Shown here piece by piece: positions 25,046-37,841 of a stretch of 64,000 nt of DNA. The stretch comes from Octopus vulgaris (taxonomy: Eukaryota), in contig OX597814.1 in NCBI GenBank assembly GCA_951406725.2, positions 221,092,001 through 221,156,000 of the forward strand, read 5' to 3'. The translations under genes were made by a program, and so were the position numbers. The notes beneath the pieces are model-generated. The model did no database searches and was not told the origin of the DNA. It saw nothing but the letters and a program-made list of their open reading frames with translations. Each line of letters opens with the position of its first letter. The first letter of the stretch is position 1.

Positions 25046-26459
25046 AACGATAAATTACTTTTATGTCCGATAGATCAATCAGGCGCGCTTCATATTATTT
25101 ACCACATAAAATTTATTTTTCTAATCAAATTTTGATATTATAGCTATCATCATTTCGACATTCCTCCCAAGCTGCCAAAAGTGCTCTGGTGGTCAGAATT
25201 TACTACAGCTCTCTTCTTTGTCTTTTAGGTACAAAGTCTTGTTTTGATAACAGATTCAAATTCCTCTTGCTGCTATATCAAAGCAATAGATATTCCATCA
25301 GTATGTACGAGTGTTTTCTGTAAACGCCGTATACACTTCCGACAAGCATCCCCTCTTCATTGGACAGTTTCTCATATTTCTACACATACATTCAAGACAA
25401 GTTAGTTGTTAAGTTTTCTAACTGTTGGTTGTGGTTGGAGATTAGTGATCCTATATTGAACAACTTATATGACTTCAACAACATGTCTATAAACAGATAT
25501 ATAATATATTTGTGATGTAAGGGAAGATACTGCTTATCAGTATCAGAAACTTCCTTGCTATCGTTGATGATACATCTGTACTGTACTGGAATTAAATGGT
25601 GTTATTTTCCTATTTCTGTGTTTAAGACTTTTGGTGTGCGTTGTTTAAATTGCAGTCTGTCTTTGAAACAGTTTCATCTTAAGAATATATTCACATTGTT
25701 TCTTCGTTAATTTTTAGTAGGAATGGTATTTTCTCGTGTTTACATTTACATATATATATATGTATATATTACAGAGAGAGAGAGAGAGATAGAGATTATA
25801 TACTACTTTCAGATTGGTGTATATTGAAATTGTAAGGCTGAGTTTTGAAGATGTTAATAAGTAGTTTTCTTAGTGTATCACATCCATTCTGTATAATCGT
25901 AAGTTAGTAGATTTTATTCTGCTTATCTATGTGTCTGGTATAATCCAACTAAATTTGGTATCTCAGCATTACAAGTTGTTATCAACCTTAAACCAAAAAG
26001 GAATTATAATATAGTAACTACTCTTATTTCATTACTACACTAATATCACTGTCGGTAAGACTAACTCCTTCAAGAAACTTTTAAAAATGGATGGATGGTA
26101 TTCTATGATATCAAATCGAATAAATCTCCATTTTTTTTTTTTTTGCTATTCTCGATGTTATTAAACCACTTACTTGTGACAATAATGCAATACGATTACG
26201 AGGGATTTGTTGTTTGTTTCGGTAGAAACGAATGTATCTTTGCTTTTTCTCGGGTTGAGAAGCTTTATCTTTTGGGTTAATTAGAAATTGTCCTCATCGT
26301 CGGATTTACGTAAATGGGTGTGCTCTACAGTCTTCTCTGTCTGTTTTCTTATGTGTGTGTGTGTGTGTGTGTGTGCAAATATTTATAAACATACATACAT
26401 ATATAGAAGTATACACATACACACATACACACGCACACACACACACACACATATATGTA

Positions 26460-26514
<55 letters not shown>

Positions 26515-26517
<3 letters not shown>

Positions 26518-27079
26518 AGTAGTTGAATGAATTATCTTATTAAGGATAATTCGAAAGATAACCGATACCTGGGTAGCAAATTAACATCAGAAAGAACACG
26601 GTTGAAGTTACGTCCCTAGGGCATAGACTACGTGCTTTCGTGCGGAAATTTGTATGTTTATTTTAAAATTATAAGTATATGAAAGAATGGAGTTCAACTC
26701 CATTCTTTCATATATATATATATTTATATATTTTGTGAAATAGAAAGATGAATAATCTTGTTGCAGATTAATCAAATGTTTAACCGATACCTTGGTAGCA
26801 AAAATCACAGCAGAAGACAGCACGGTTGCAGGTACAACCATATGGTGTTGCAACCATGCGTTGGTGCGGATAATTGAATTATAATATTATTAGTGAATTG
26901 AAGAAATGGAGTTGAACGAAGATTGAACAGAAATCGTTTTATTGCATTCTACACGTGTTTCGAAAGCCACAATTTACCAAATTCCGATTGAATAAGGAGA
27001 CCATATTGTGTCTTTCTCTTCCTGATTTCTGTTCAATCTTCGTTCAACTCCATTTCTTCAATTCACTAATAATATTATA
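26515..27079 (-). mobile_element. Two diverged copies of a short non-coding element with fold-back ends; copy 2 carries a truncated HHR
   Basis: 26526-26700 is homologous to 26748-26915. There is a perfect 19-bp hairpin at 26676-26714 and a perfect 56-bp inverted repeat at 26880-26935/27024-27079. Minus 27021-26945 reads GAAGA GAAAG.CACAAT...ATTGTGGCTTTC GAAA CACGTG TA GAATG, then AATAAA. Confidence 0.7.
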
Positions 27080-27169
27080 TATTTATATATATATATCTAT
27101 ATCTCGAAAATCGATAAGATTGTTCAGCATTTTTTCAGTCTGCGGAGAAATGGTTAGAATTTTGTCCTC

Positions 27170-27401
27170 TCTTTTAGTCTTTTACTCTTTTACTTGTTTC
27201 AGTCATTTGACTGCGGTCATACTGGAGCACCACCTTTATAGACGAGCAAATCGAACCCCAGAGTTTATTCTTTGTAAGCCTAGTACTTATTATATCGGTC
27301 GCTTTTGCCGAACCGCTAAGTTACGGGGACATAAACTCACCAGCATCGGTTGTCAAGCGATGCTAGGTGGGGGGCAAACAGACACACAAACATATACACA
27401 C

Positions 27402-27434
<33 letters not shown>

Positions 27435-27586
27435 CATATATACATATACGACGGGCGTCTTCCAGTTTCCGTCTACTAAATCCGGCCTGAGGTTATAAGT
27501 AGAAGACACTTGCCCAAGGTGCCACGCAGTGGGACTGAAACCGGGACCATGTGGTTGGTAAGCAAGCTACTTACTACACAGTCACT
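27170..27586 (-). mobile_element. SINE group A
   Basis: Homologous to the 11170 copy, with a small internal deletion. Confidence 0.9.
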
Positions 27587-28866
27587 GTTTATAATTATAC
27601 CATATGTTACATATATATAAATATATATATATATAGGTGTGTGTGTGTGTGTGTATATCTATATACTTATGTACACGCGCACGCAATTACACGCGCGCAC
27701 ACACACACACACACATTTAAAATCGCTCACTCTTTTGATTAAATAACACACACGGCAGATTATTCGTGTCTAGCAACTCCATATCTAAATACTGGCGTAT
27801 TATATTTCCAGGAAAAATATTTTATATTGCACGTAGAAATTTTCCCTTAACGGAAGAATATGTAGAACACAAGTCGCCAGTTAATTAGCAATAGAAGTTA
27901 ATAAAACAATTAGCTTTCGAAATACATAAATATATTCGCTCACGCGTTAGAACGGGATCCCTTTCCGAATTGGCCTGTAAACTTTCATATTCTATACGTA
28001 TTCGTTTCATTTCTGTGTATGTGTGTGTGTGTGTGTGTGTGAAAGACCATGTATTTTCAAAAAAAGATAAACTCGGTTTGGCTTACACGCCTGTGTAAGT
28101 TAAATGGAAGGTTTTCAACTGTCGATTTATGCCGTAAGGTTTATATTCCATTACCTTATTTGCACACATACACGAAACGAAAACTGAGCCCTGGAAGGAA
28201 TTTCTACGCGATTGCTCGCCCGGTTGGAAACATTCAAACCTACCAAAAAAATCTTGCCTTTACCTTAAAAAATTAGTTGAAAAACTTTGGATATTAGCTC
28301 TGCTCTATCAGAACCAACTTAACAGTGCTAAGATCAAGTCAATGATAACGACAACGACGACGACCACCACCACCACATACCTTATAGTCACGGCACCATT
28401 AGAGATTAGCACCTAGACTAGTTAATTAAGATATCAGTAAAAAGGAAAATAATCACAACAGCGTAATTCTATTAAGCGCAGAAGACGTGCTGGATTTGAA
28501 AGAAATTTAGTTGTTATTTCTAGCAAGTCGATTATTTCATAGATCCTTGTTTGTTGGTATTTTCCGTTCTTCCATTTTGCAATATTAATAATTATGTTAT
28601 TATTAAATTGTCTGTAAGCAGCATTAAGCCACCTGATCAACAGCAGTGGCATGCCGGTTAAACAATGTTGGGGTCACCGACGAGCCTTGCACTGCAAATT
28701 TTCATTTTATCTAATAGAAATAGTAGCCAATTCACCCTCAAATCACACCCTATGATAATAAATTAAGACAGGAAAACAGTGGATGGCGTAGGTTTTTAAG
28801 TAGTCCTACAAAGTCGTCTCGTTAGACAGTTGTCATACTTTTGATCATTGATTCTTGTGATCAGGT

Positions 28867-29194
28867 TTAAAAGACTCCGCCGGTTACGACGACGAGGGTC
28901 CCAGCTGATACGATCAACGGAACAGCCTGCTCGTGAAATTAACGTGCAAATGGCTGAGCATTCCACAGACACGTGTACCCTTAACGTAGTTCTCGGGGAT
29001 AATCAGCGTGACACAGAGAGTGACAAGGCTGACCCTTTGAAATACAAGTACAACTCATTTTTGCCAGCTGAGTGGACTGGAGCAACGTGAAATAAAGTGT
29101 CTTGCTCAAGGACACAACGCGTCGCCGGGAATCGAACTCACAACTTTACGATCATGAGCCGAATGCCCCTAATCACTAAGCCACGCTCCCTCAC
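28867..29194 (-). mobile_element. tRNA-derived SINE (group C-related) with 11-bp target-site duplication (TSD)
   Basis: TSD TGTGATCAGGT at 28856-28866 and 29195-29205; A/B boxes GTGGCTTAGTG and GTTCGATTCCC on the minus strand. Confidence 0.9.
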
Positions 29195-29732
29195 TGTGAT
29201 CAGGTAAGCTGCACCTAAACAACATGATACGGTTTGGTTTTTAAATGGAGAAATGAATGAGAAAGGGTATATATGTGCGTTGTGTGAGAGAGATAGTTGG
29301 AGAGAAAGAAATAGGGTGAGTCAAAGAAAGAAAGTAAGTAGAGAGAGAGCGAGAGAGACAGAGAGACAGAGAGACAGAATGAAACAGAAAAAAGAGAGGG
29401 ATAGAGAGAGAGAGAGAAAAGAGAAATTAAAGAAAAAATAATGGAGAAAGAATCATTTTGACGCCATAAACGGACAACACTCGTATTTCTTGAACTAACA
29501 CTCGAACTTTATCACCAGTTCATTTCCATTCTGAGTCCTTTATCGAATATTTTCTTTTTATTTAAGGGTGGCCTCAAAACTGAGGTATTTGTCTACAAAT
29601 TATTTCTGGAGCATTTTAGCGTTGTGACAAAATTTTCAAGGAGACCAAAGAGAAAAAGAATAAATGGTGACATTGCTTCAAGAGAAACAGACAGACATGG
29701 ACGATTATAGATGCACATGATTTACATATAAT

Positions 29733-30135
29733 AGGCGCAGGAGTGGCTGTGTGGTAAGTAACTTGCTTACCAACCACATGGTTCCGGGTTCAGTCCCACT
29801 GTGTGGCATCTTGGGCAAGTGTCTTCTGCTATAGCCTCGGGCCGACCAATGCCTTGTGAGTGGATTTGGTAGACGGAAACTGAAAGAAGCCTGTCGTATA
29901 TATGTATATATATGTATGTGGGTGTGTTTGTGTGTCTGTGTTTGTCCTCCTAGCATTGCTTGACAACCGACGCTGGTGTGTTTACGTCCCCGTCACCTAG
30001 CGGTTCGGCAAAAGAGGCCGATAGAATAAGTATTGGGCTTACAAAGAATAAGTCCCGGGGTCGATTTGCTCAACTAAAGGCGGTGCTCCAGCATGCCGCA
30101 GTCAAATGGCTGAAACAAGTAAAAGAGTAAAAGAG
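29733..30135 (+). mobile_element. SINE group A, full length
   Basis: AGGCGCAGGAGTGGCTGTGTGGTAAG ... GAAACAAGTAAAAGAGTAAAAGAG. Confidence 0.92.
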
Positions 30136-30547
30136 AGAGAGAGAGAGAGTATAATGACCTTGACAAGGAAAGATAAAATAAAGAAAAAAGAAAAGTTTAA
30201 AAAAAAGAAAACAAATTCGGATAAGCGGACTAAGAAAAAAAATTTTCCTTGGGCCAACAATTGGGTCACATTTTATTTTCAACAGATGTAAGTGAATAGT
30301 AACAACAACAGCGTCATATGGATGTTCGACGGAGAGCCATTAATGGGACGCATTTATAAGAGATACCGTTAAGTAGTGTCAGCACAAAAATCATTGATAT
30401 GAGACGAACTTTTCGACAACTTATAGAAAATGACTTAAAATGAATGCAATAAGACGTGTATGATTTCAAACAGCCATTCTGGTTTCATAGACAGCTTATA
30501 TTATATAATTACTCTCATGATATAAAACGAAAGTGCATGAAATAGTA

Positions 30548-30888
30548 AAGGGTAAAGACCCCCTTCGGTCATGAATGACCATGGGATTGCACCTAGAAAG
30601 TTACCCTCCTAGACACAAGTCCGGGCAAGGTTGTTTATGGAAGACCAGCAGTCGCCCATGCATACCGGCCTCCCCTCTCCACGCCACCAATGTTATCCAA
30701 GGGAAAGACAAAGGTCGATACAGCTTGGCACCTGTGATATCGCAACTCATTTCTACAGCTGAGTGAACTGGAGCAACGTGAAATAAAGTGCCTTGCTCAA
30801 GAACACAACACGCAGCCCGATCCGGGATTCGAGCTCACAACCTCACGATCGTAAGCTCGATGCTCTAACCACTGAGCCATGCGCCTTC
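30548..30888 (-). mobile_element. tRNA-derived SINE (group C-related) with 13-bp TSD
   Basis: Head GAAGGCGCATGGCTCAGTGGTTAGAGC; TSD GCATGAAATAGTA at 30535-30547 and 30901-30913; an inverted TSD copy TATTTCATGC sits at the 5' junction. Confidence 0.88.
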
Positions 30889-30989
30889 TTTATTTCATGC
30901 GCATGAAATAGTATATGTATGATTTTAAAATGGCGATTACGGCTCTTCCACAGCGTAATGTTTCTGATTTTAAGAAAGGATCTCAGATT

Positions 30990-31390
30990 TAAGGCGGCGA
31001 GCTGGCAGACACGTTAGAACGCCGGGCGAAATGCTTAGCGGTATTTCGTCTGTCTTTACGTTCTGAGTTCAAATTCCGCCGAGGTCGACTTCGCCTTTTA
31101 TCCTTTCGGGGTCGGTAAATTAAGTACCAGTTCCGCACTGGGGTCGATGTAATCGACTTAATACCTATGTCTGTCCTTGTTTGTCCCTTCTGTGTTTAGC
31201 CCCTTGTGGGTAATAAAGAAATAGGTATTTCGTCTGTCTTTACGTTCTGAGTTCAAATTCCGCCGAGGTCGACTTTGCCTTTTATCCTTTCGAGGTCGAT
31301 AAATTAAGTACCAGTTGCATACTGGAGCCGATCTAATCGACTGGCCGCTTCCCCCAAAATTTCAGGCCTTGTGCCTAGAGTAGAAAAGAA
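30990..31390 (+). mobile_element. Dimeric SINE group B
   Basis: A full monomer is followed by a 5'-truncated monomer from ~31224. TSD AAGAAAGG(A/G)TCTCAGAT at 30972-30988 and 31386-31402. Confidence 0.92.
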
Positions 31391-32451
31391 AGGGTCTCAG
31401 ATAAAGTCATTTGCTAAAGAAGTACAACTCTTTGGAAATAAAAATGTTTTAAGAATTAATTACATTGGTATAAAACCACGTATATATAAAGTGTGTCAAT
31501 ATGTCAACCCCCTAAAACTTACTACGTAACAAGTATTAATTATTTTATCGAACCCGGCGCGATCAAATACACATTAAGCTCATTACAATTTAAACCAAAA
31601 ACTGCTAATGTCATTACTGAATACTGTACTCTTGTCAGTAGGTCTCGATACAATAATTCTTTCTAATTTAGACGCAAAACAAACATTTTAGAGAATGCCA
31701 GCTAATAGCACAACCGATTATATCTCTGCCGTTATTTGATCGGTATTCATTTTGTGGAAGGGCGAGATTGAGTTATGTCAAATTTGAAAAGAGATCCTAA
31801 AGAAGTTAAAGCAATTATTCCAATGAATTTTGTCCACAGTTCTACAGGTGTACTAATCTTCACTCTGTATGTATGTAACTAGTAGCAGTAGTAGCTGATC
31901 TTGCCCAAGATCATTAATACCTAAAGTAAATACAATCACATTAATTACTGTATTTTGAATAAATTACATTCAAACAATGCCGTCAGTCTTCAGTTGAAGC
32001 AAGGATGTTAATTCACTCAGGATTGTTGCATACAACCTTTGCAAAAGATTCTTCAAGTGAAGCGTCATAAAAATGGGCAAAAATATACGGACAAATATAA
32101 AGAAAATGTTTCTTTTATATTCGTTTTCTGCGAAAAAGTTATTTTTTTATAATACTGTACTAATTAACATAATTACTATAAACGAATTATTTATCTAATC
32201 AGTACCGTTTCGTGTAATTATTGCAGGGCTTGGAGGCATACAATTTACGTTGCTTTTCTAAGAATATAGGAAGTACATGAAAAAGTAACGTAGTCAGTGA
32301 CCTCCTTGAAAAGATGTACGTCTGTGTGCAACTTCAGCTGTCTTGTAAAACATGGGAAATACATTTAATTTTGTGGATTAAGATGAAGATAATGATATCC
32401 GTTTCTAGAATAAACAAAAGGCGCAACTTTGGGGAAGGGTTTATTCAATTA

Positions 32452-32850
32452 CTAGCAGTATCGCCCGGCGTTGCTCGGGTTTGTAAGGGAAATAACTATA
32501 TAAGCATTTTTAGAGATGTAAAGTATAATAGCCATCTCAATATGGCTAACCACAAAGGGGGGGGGTGTTACTGTAGCTTTTTACGTTCTGAGATTTAATA
32601 ATACATTTTTAAGGAGTTTACTTCCCTTATATAATAGCAAAGAAATGCATTTAAAATGGGAAAAAATGATGGTAAATTTTTTTTAAAATCGTAGACTCAT
32701 CGTAGACGGGCGCTAATACCCAGAAGGGCTCGATATGAATCACGAATATAAGATTCCCGGTTTTGGTTAAACTGCACCGCAAAATGTGGGAGTAGTTAGG
32801 AATCGAAATCGTAGGAGACAGACACACAACTTGACTTTTATATATAAAGA
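32452..32850 (-). mobile_element. Non-autonomous Helitron inserted in a decayed group B SINE
   Basis: Minus strand reads A|TCTTTATATATAAAA ... CCCGAGCAACGCCGGG hairpin ... CTAG|T. AT target, no TSD; the SINE remnant continues on both sides (~32410-32990). Confidence 0.85.
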
Positions 32851-32994
32851 TATCGCTACTGCTACTTCACTGGTATTCCTTTTGATCCACACGGAAGGGT
32901 GAAAGAAAATTCGCTTCGGTAGGATCTGATCTCAGGACTTTGAAAGCCGGAACAAATACAGATGCCCTAACTATTCTAGCAATTCACAATAATA

Positions 32995-33380
32995 CTCTCT
33001 TTTACTCTCTTTTACTTGTTTCAGTCATTTGACTGCGGCCATGCTGGAGCACCGCCTTTTAGTCAAGCAAATCGACCCCGGCACTTATTCTTTTGTAAGC
33101 CCAGTACTTATTCTATCGGTCTCTTTTGCCGAACCGCTAAGTGACGGGGACGTAAACACACCAGGGGGACAAAAACAGACACACAAACACACACACACAC
33201 ACATATATATATACATATATACGACAGGCTTCTTTCAGTTTCCGTCTACCAAATCCACTCACAAGGCATTAGTCGGCCCGGGGCTATAGCAGAAGACACT
33301 TGCCTAAGATGCCACGCAGTGGGACTGAACCCGGAACCATGTGGTTGGTTAGAAAGCTACTTACCACACAGCCACTCCTG
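32995..33380 (-). mobile_element. SINE group A
   Basis: Near-full copy with a short internal deletion. Confidence 0.92.
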
Positions 33381-33603
33381 TTAATAGTAATAACTATTAA
33401 TAGTAATAATTAATTTTGCTTTGTTACTATGGAATGTTTATGGATACAGTGAAAGAGTATTAGATATTGGTGGTGAGGTATATACACAACAAAGCTATAT
33501 AAATACGAATTGAAGTGAGTCACAAATATTAAACCATAAATACGTTTTAAATGCAAAATAAATCAATAGAATAAAAAGGTAATTATATAAAATACACTAA
33601 TTA

Positions 33604-34015
33604 GCGCAGGAGTGGCTGTGTGGTAAGTAGCTTGTTTACCAACCACATGGTTCCGGGTTCAGTCCCACTGCGTGGCACCTTGGGCAAGTGTCTTCTACTA
33701 TAGCCTCGGGCCGACCAATGCCTTGTGAGTGGATTTGGTAGACGGAAACTGAAAGAAGCCCGTCGTATATATGTATATATATGTATATGTGTGTGTGTGT
33801 GTGTGTTTGTGTGTCTGTGTTTGTCCCCCTAGCATTGCTTGACAACTGATGCTGGTGTGTTTACGTCCCCGTTACTTAGCGGTTCGGCAAAAAGAGACCG
33901 ATAGAATAAGTACTGGGCTTACAAAGAATAAGTTCCGGGGTCGATTTGCTCGATTAAAGGCGGTGCTCCAGCATGGCCGCAGTCAAATGACTGAAACAAG
34001 TAAAAGAAAAGAGTA
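33604..34015 (+). mobile_element. SINE group A, full length
   Basis: GCGCAGGAGTGGCTGTGTGG ... GAAACAAGTAAAAGA; head-to-head with the previous copy. Confidence 0.92.
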
Positions 34016-34132
34016 ATTATATATATCATTAAGGGAGCGACACACAATAACTCACTCACTAACGGGGCGACCCACTCACACACCAGTTTCACGGGTCCAG
34101 AGTATCCATGACAGTGGCCTCCTGTCACACCA

Positions 34133-34323
34133 TATTCCAGTAAGGTTTGTTTTGAACAAACATTGTCAGGTTTGAGATATCTGGGATTTATGCATAGTCC
34201 CCTGGACTGAAAGATATTCGGAACAGACAAACTCACTGATTTTCGTTGACGTCCCTGGAACGTCACCCCCTCCTCTATATGTAAAAAAGCTACAGGGGAA
34301 GTTCTACAAACCTTACTGGAATA
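34133..34323. mobile_element. Possible MITE
   Basis: Perfect 18-bp inverted repeat TATTCCAGTAAGGTTTGT / ACAAACCTTACTGGAATA; the terminal TA could be a TSD. Confidence 0.45.
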
Positions 34324-35382
34324 AAGATGCCATCAGCGAGGCTAATCTGAGATCCTCAGAGAGAGACAAAAGCGCCCCTCACATTTGATTATTGTCCAAG
34401 TATTGGGGATCTGTCGGACCACTCATAGTAAGCACCTCGTTGTCAACCGAAACTGTCGTGATTTTTCTGCTGCCTTTCTTTCACTGAGAATAGTAGTAAG
34501 CTTTTCTGTCTTATGGCTACGCCGACCAATATGGCGGTGGTTATGAATAATTGAAATGCATTCAAGGTAAATTTTTTCTCAAAACAACTTTTTTTTTTAT
34601 TCCACATAGAACTGATGGTGACATTTCTTCGCAAAACAAACGAAGGACTAATGAAACTGCTAAGCAAAGTGAAAGAGTAGTAATGTATTGATTGAGCAGA
34701 ATTTGGGTTCTGGTTTTATAGAACAGCCAAATAACTGAAAGAGAAGAAATTTAGAAGAACGTGCTTGACAAAAGGCGAACACATGTCTGACCATCATCAG
34801 CCATCAGTCCATGCCCTCTATGAAAAAGGTGTTGGAAATAGTAATCCTTAGCTTCCACAATAAGTGAAAGAGTAAAACCTTCCTATATACACTCCAATTG
34901 GGGTTTGCAAGTTTGGTCGACGTTCTGCCAAGTCATCATAAATGTGGCTTTCTGCGGCGTAACAATGGTAGCTAACATATCTTTGTCAACTTTGTCAGTG
35001 TTGTTGCTTGGATACTTTTATTCATTTGTTGATATTATCGGTTTTTCATCTCTTATGAGGAAACATCATGCGTTAATACCATCCACAGTCAACTTAAACT
35101 TTTCGCTTTAGGGTTTTTTTTCCGTAGGAGTATCCAATGTGATTCTATATTTTAGAGTTACTATCACATCAAAATATAAGTTAATCTCGAACTAATCTCA
35201 GCACTTTCCAAACATGACGAATTCACAGAAACATTTTATGAAAGTTACTACAGGCTAAAGGTTCTCTTTTCTGGTGTTGCTATTGACCTGATCTTCACAT
35301 ATATTTCCACAAAAGGTAGTAATGTTCACCTCTCTGGTAGGTATACTGCAATAGCATCTTTTAATCCTCTATAGTAAAAATA

Positions 35383-35662
35383 GTGGAGGCGCAATGGTCC
35401 AGAGGTTAGGGCAGCGAACTCGCGGTTGGTGAATCAAGTTTATTGAGCGAAAACATCTAAAAGCTTCACTAGGCTCCGGCAGGGGGTGGTGGTGACCCCT
35501 GTTGTACTATTTCGCCACAACTTTCTCCCACTCTCTCTTTCTGTTTCTTGAGTAACGCTGCGATGGACTGGCGTCCCGTCCAGAAGGGTGGGGGAACACA
35601 TACGCCACAGAAACCGGGAAACCGGGCCCATAAGCCTGGCTAGGCTTGAAAAGGGCGACGTT
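35383..35662 (+). mobile_element. SINE group C with 13-bp TSD
   Basis: Head GTGGAGGCGCAATGGTCCAG; TSD TATAGTAAAAATA at 35370-35382 and 35663-35675. Confidence 0.88.
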
Positions 35663-36243
35663 TATAGTAAAAATAACGTATTTTAATCTTTAAGAAATAA
35701 TGCTTATATGTAGTCTGAATTAATTAATATATTCCCAAATTCAGTCTTAATGACTTTTCTAATTACCTTGTTTTATTGAGAAGACGTAAATATTTTCATA
35801 TTCGTTTAGGAGTGTATTTTTACATATTGCTAACATATGGTGTACTTCTTCAATCTTTCTTCACTCAAATCTCATGAAATTGCCATTTTCGTAGACGACT
35901 GTTTCTGTTTCTCATTACTGGTATTTGTTTCTGTTCTTGTTACTAAGAATCACGTATTCGTCGCTGTTTCTGTTGTCTTAGTAGCCATTGTCATAAGAGT
36001 CGGCGATAAAATTAATGTTGTTATTCTTGGTGTTGTTAATGTTAGACACATAGCTGTTATTTCAGCAATTGTTTGTTACATACAAAAGAATTCAATTTCT
36101 TACGTTTTCTTCGAAAGAGAAAGTCGTCTACTGCTATTATACAAACCGTTTCCCACCTTTAACATCATAGTCATTCTGAAATAAATATCTGCCGTCAAGA
36201 CAAAAACGAATAACAAATAATGAAATTTTTTGCCTTAAACGGG

Positions 36244-36274
<31 letters not shown>

Positions 36275-36439
36275 ATAAATATATATATAAACATAGAGAG
36301 AGAGAGAGAGACAGACAGACAAAGAGAGTTATCCATCTCCTCCTTGATATAACAATAATAGAAAAACACAAATTCAACCTACGTCAAAGAAAGCAAACAT
36401 AAGTCACCCCAAGGCAAGCAGTAAAATTTAACAACAACA

Positions 36440-36949
<510 letters not shown>

Positions 36950-37075
36950 TATATTTCTTTACTACCCACAAGGAGCTAAACACAGAGTGGACAAACAAGG
37001 ACAGTCAGACGGATCAAGTCGATTACATCGACCCCAGTGCGTAACTGGTACTCACTTTATCGACCCCGAAAGGAT
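36950..37075 (-). mobile_element. SINE group B, 3' fragment
   Basis: ATTTCTTTACTACCCACAAGG...ATCGACCCCGAAAGGAT. Confidence 0.85.
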
Positions 37076-37134
37076 ATAAAAATAACAATAGTAATAGCAA
37101 TATTACAAATAATAATAATATAAATCATAATAGC

Positions 37135-37165
37135 AATGATGATGATAATAATGATAATAATAATG

Positions 37166-37227
<62 letters not shown>

Positions 37228-37261
37228 GATGATGATGAAGATGACGATGATGATGATGATG

Positions 37262-37331
<70 letters not shown>

Positions 37332-37363
37332 TGATGATGAAGATGACGATGATGATGATGATG

Positions 37364-37415
<52 letters not shown>

Positions 37416-37468
37416 TAATAATAATAATAATAAAAATGATGATGAAGATGACGATGATGATGATGATG

Positions 37469-37521
<53 letters not shown>

Positions 37522-37555
37522 GATGATGATGAAGATGACGATGATGATGATGATG

Positions 37556-37607
<52 letters not shown>

Positions 37608-37639
37608 TGATGATGAAGATGACGATGATGATGATGATG

Positions 37640-37700
<61 letters not shown>

Positions 37701-37729
37701 TGAAGATGACGATGATGATGATGATGATG

Positions 37730-37778
<49 letters not shown>

Positions 37779-37841
37779 TGATGATGAAGATGACGATGAT
37801 GATGATGATAATAATAATAATAATAATGATAATAATAATAA
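37135..37841 (+). repeat. Compound minisatellite: (ATA)n alternating with an ATG/AAG/ACG block, 7 units
   Basis: Block AA(A/G)ATG(ATG)nAAGATGACGATGATG.. recurs at ~37225, 37328, 37433, 37519, 37603, 37696 and 37774. Confidence 0.92.

Noticed and set aside
26522-26562. Plus-strand HHR (TTGAAT-hairpin-GAAA)
   Set aside because: The core is the wrong length and there is no stem III or stem I; kept only as part of the unknown motif.
27740-28700. Possible conserved enhancer (unique, TAAT-rich sequence; similarly ~54950-55480)
   Set aside because: Cannot be supported without cross-species alignment.
37135-37841. CRISPR-like repeat/spacer pattern
   Set aside because: The spacers are pure (ATA)n, the context is eukaryotic and there are no cas genes.
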